Of a stretch of 64,000 bases of DNA, positions 61,530-64,000 are shown piece after piece. This stretch comes from Azolla caroliniana (Eukaryota > Plantae > Polypodiophyta), in the NCBI GenBank assembly GCA_043228905.1, contig JBHGNT010000008.1, forward strand, positions 13,826,001 to 13,890,000, read 5' to 3'. The first letter of the stretch is position 1, and each line of letters opens with the position of its first letter. The notes under the pieces were generated by a model. The model saw only the letters and a program-made list of their open reading frames with translations. It had not been told where the DNA came from and searched no databases. The position numbers were made by a program, and so were the translations under genes.

Positions 61530-63389
61530 AAGACTCAAGATACAAGAAGTGATCAAGCAACGTGTATTACGACGTTAGGTTAGGGCTTATATACTTAAAC
61601 CCTAACTATTGAACGTGCTCACACTAGTAAGGATACAAAGTGGAAGGAGTCGGCATTTTATGCCAACAAACTCCCTTGTAAAAGGATTACTCTTTCTAAT
61701 TACAATTGTATAGGGTTATCTCCCCCGTAAACCTAGATTACAATTTCAATCTAAAGTTATGGTTACAAGTAAGTCGGCATCTAGTTGAGTCAACAGGGAT
61801 AATCTTGGTATTCTACCTAACCTCCTGCTCTGTGTTCGGCTTTCTTCTACGCAATCACTTGTCGTAGTTCCATCTTTGTCCTTAGTGCTCTGAATCGTTG
61901 ATCTAGGAGATCGGTGATGTTCACTTCGGTGTTGATCTTCTAGACTTCGAGCTTCTTCTTGGTTACAAGTTCCCGTATATGATGATACCACACCTCAATA
62001 TGCTTTGTCTTGCCATGATAGACATGATTATTGATGAGGTGTATTGCGCTTTGTGAGTCCCAGTAGATGGTCAACGTCGGATGGTCGATTCGACTTGTTG
62101 CTGACAAGTTAGCTGACATTTGGTGCAACTAGATTGCTTCCTTCGTTGCCTCTGATGATGCTATGTACTTGGTGTATGTGGGAGACAGAGTCATACACTC
62201 TTTAAGCTTTGACATCCATGATATATCACCGCCACCATAGGTGACGATGTAGCCTGATGTCGACTTTTGATTGTCCGAGTTCCCGACGTAGTCGTAGTCG
62301 GGGTACCCTTTGACTTTGGTTGGATTTACTGATCCGAAAGTTACGTGTGCATCGTTGGTCCCTATTAGGTACTTGAAGATGTGCTTGACGGCCTCCCAAT
62401 GCTTTCGTCATGAGTTTGACATGTATTGGTTGACGACCCCTATAGCATAGACTAGGTCGGGTCGAGTCGCCACCATCGCGTACATGATACTTCCTACATC
62501 CGATGGGTAGGTTATCTTTCCATTAAGCTCTTTCTCCTTGTTTGTCAAAGGAGAGTCTCTATCTGATAGTTAGATTGACGTCAAAAGTGGTGTTGGTGCT
62601 AGCTTCATGTTTGCCATATTGAACCGCTTGAGCACTTTGCGGATGTCGTCGGACTAGGAGTGTCAGAGAGTGTTTGTCTTCCGAATTCGATCTATCCTCA
62701 TGCCCAGTATATGTCAGGCTCATCCAAGTTCCTTCATCGCAAATTTATCGTGAAGACTCTGCTTTAGCTCTGCGATTTTAGTTTGATTGCTCCCTACAAT
62801 CAGCATGTCGTCGACGTATAGGATTAGATAGATCCGGGACTCGTCAGTCAGTTGCCAAGCATATAGACATGGTCGGAATCGGACCGGTTGTAGCCAAGCT
62901 GTCGTTGTAGGAGTCAAACTTCTAGTACTACATCCTCGACACTTGTTTTAAGCCCTAAAGGCTTTTCTTTAGTTGACATATGAGGTGACCTTCCTCCCCT
63001 GTCGCCGTGAAGCCTGCCGGTTGGGACATGTAGATGTCTTCTTCCAGATCTTTGTGTAGGAACGTCATCTTTACGTCCATTTGTTCTAGCTCTAGGTCTT
63101 CTGTCACCACCACCCGGAGTAGAAGTTGAAGGGTGGTCATCTTGACTACTTGAGAAAATATCTCGTCATAGTCGACTCCATGTTCTTTGTTGAACCCCTT
63201 CGCGACAAGCCGAGCTTTGTATTTGGGCTTCTTTGAATCAGATACATATTTGTATCGGCATACGCATTTGCAAGGTAGTAGCTTTCTTCCTGCATTGAGT
63301 CCATCTCGGATTGCATGGCATGTAGCCATGTATCGGCATCCCGTCCAACTATAGCTTCTTCGTATATGCTTGGTTCACCTGCATCTGTG
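61178..63389 (-). mobile_element. Element J: 3' fragment of another Copia (3' LTR 61178..61668, RT-RH)
   Basis: TG...CA LTR followed by AACTCCCTT (PPT complement). 'KARLVAKGF', 'EQMDVKMTFL', 'LILYVDDML', 'YWDSQSAIHL', 'TDAGEPSIYEEA'. Confidence 0.88.
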
Positions 63390-63887
63390 TGAAGAGAAAT
63401 TGTTGCGGAATATAAATCACAATGAAGAAACTACGCGTTGCAATACGAATCACACAAAATGCCAGAAAGACAAGATAAACAAATGTACAGAGATTTACGT
63501 GGAAACCCTAAAACGGGAAAAACCACGGGTGAACAGATTCTTCACTATAGTATAGTGGATATACAATACAGAGAGGAATACAACGCTCTATCGAGTGTAT
63601 CAGCCAGACAGGGCTCTTCGCATCTGCTGTTACACACAGGACTATGGCATGGCTCAAACTTCTCTCTCTCACTCTCTCATGTCCTACAACTACAGTTCTT
63701 ATACAGTTCCACACAGTTAAAGTTTTCCCTAGTTGCATACGTAGCCCTCATGTGGCGCACTCTTAGACTATTTACAATTATAGTCTCCCGATTTGGCTAT
63801 ATACACGATTCCCGTTTCGGCCTCGGCCGAGTCCCTCATCAACTCGGCTCCTCTCTCTCCCCATCCAGAGAGACTTGTTTCCTAACA
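63390..63887 (-). repeat. Solo-type LTR related to the D family
   Basis: Shares 'TACGTGGAAACCCTAA...GGGAAAAACCACGGG' and 'CACTAT' with D LTRs and ends CCTAACA. Start uncertain by a few bp. Host J does not resume on the right. Confidence 0.75.
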
Positions 63888-64000
63888 TCATCATCATTAT
63901 TATTACTATAATAATAATAATCGAATCTTCAAACAATCGACTCACTATTTTCGACTCTTCGACTCTCGGCTTTCCGAACAGTCGGATCTTCCCTATCATC

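Noticed and set aside
63381-63892. GCATC/TCATC as TSD of the last LTR
   Set aside because: Host J coding sequence does not resume after 63887, and TCATC is part of a simple (TCA)n run.

Overview
This window is eukaryotic, almost certainly land-plant, heterochromatin-type DNA with no recognisable host gene. It is a stack of nested, mostly decayed LTR retrotransposons (Ty3/Gypsy and Ty1/Copia, up to four levels deep) plus one large DNA-transposon relic. Self-priming Tcn1-like chromoviruses suggest a non-seed plant such as a bryophyte, lycophyte or fern (inference). Most insertions are delimited by TG...CA termini, PBS/PPT and target-site duplications (TSDs). Main observations: (1) a roughly 10 kb (nested insertions removed) DNA-transposon relic at ~33.0-55.9 kb with a Sola2-like transposase facing a spliced accessory gene (RING-H2 plus FCP1/HAD-like domain), each gene having a 1-1.3 kb intron built from the palindrome TAGCTAATTAGCTA; (2) a tRNA-Trp-primed Gypsy-type family whose four readable target sites are all 4-bp nCGn; (3) a chromovirus LTR carrying a tRNA-like Pol III A/B-box cassette at its U3 edge; (4) a captured integrase-PPT-LTR-PBS junction; (5) a Gypsy with a second, archaeal-type RNase H. 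All family names come from by-eye motif recognition, not database searches.
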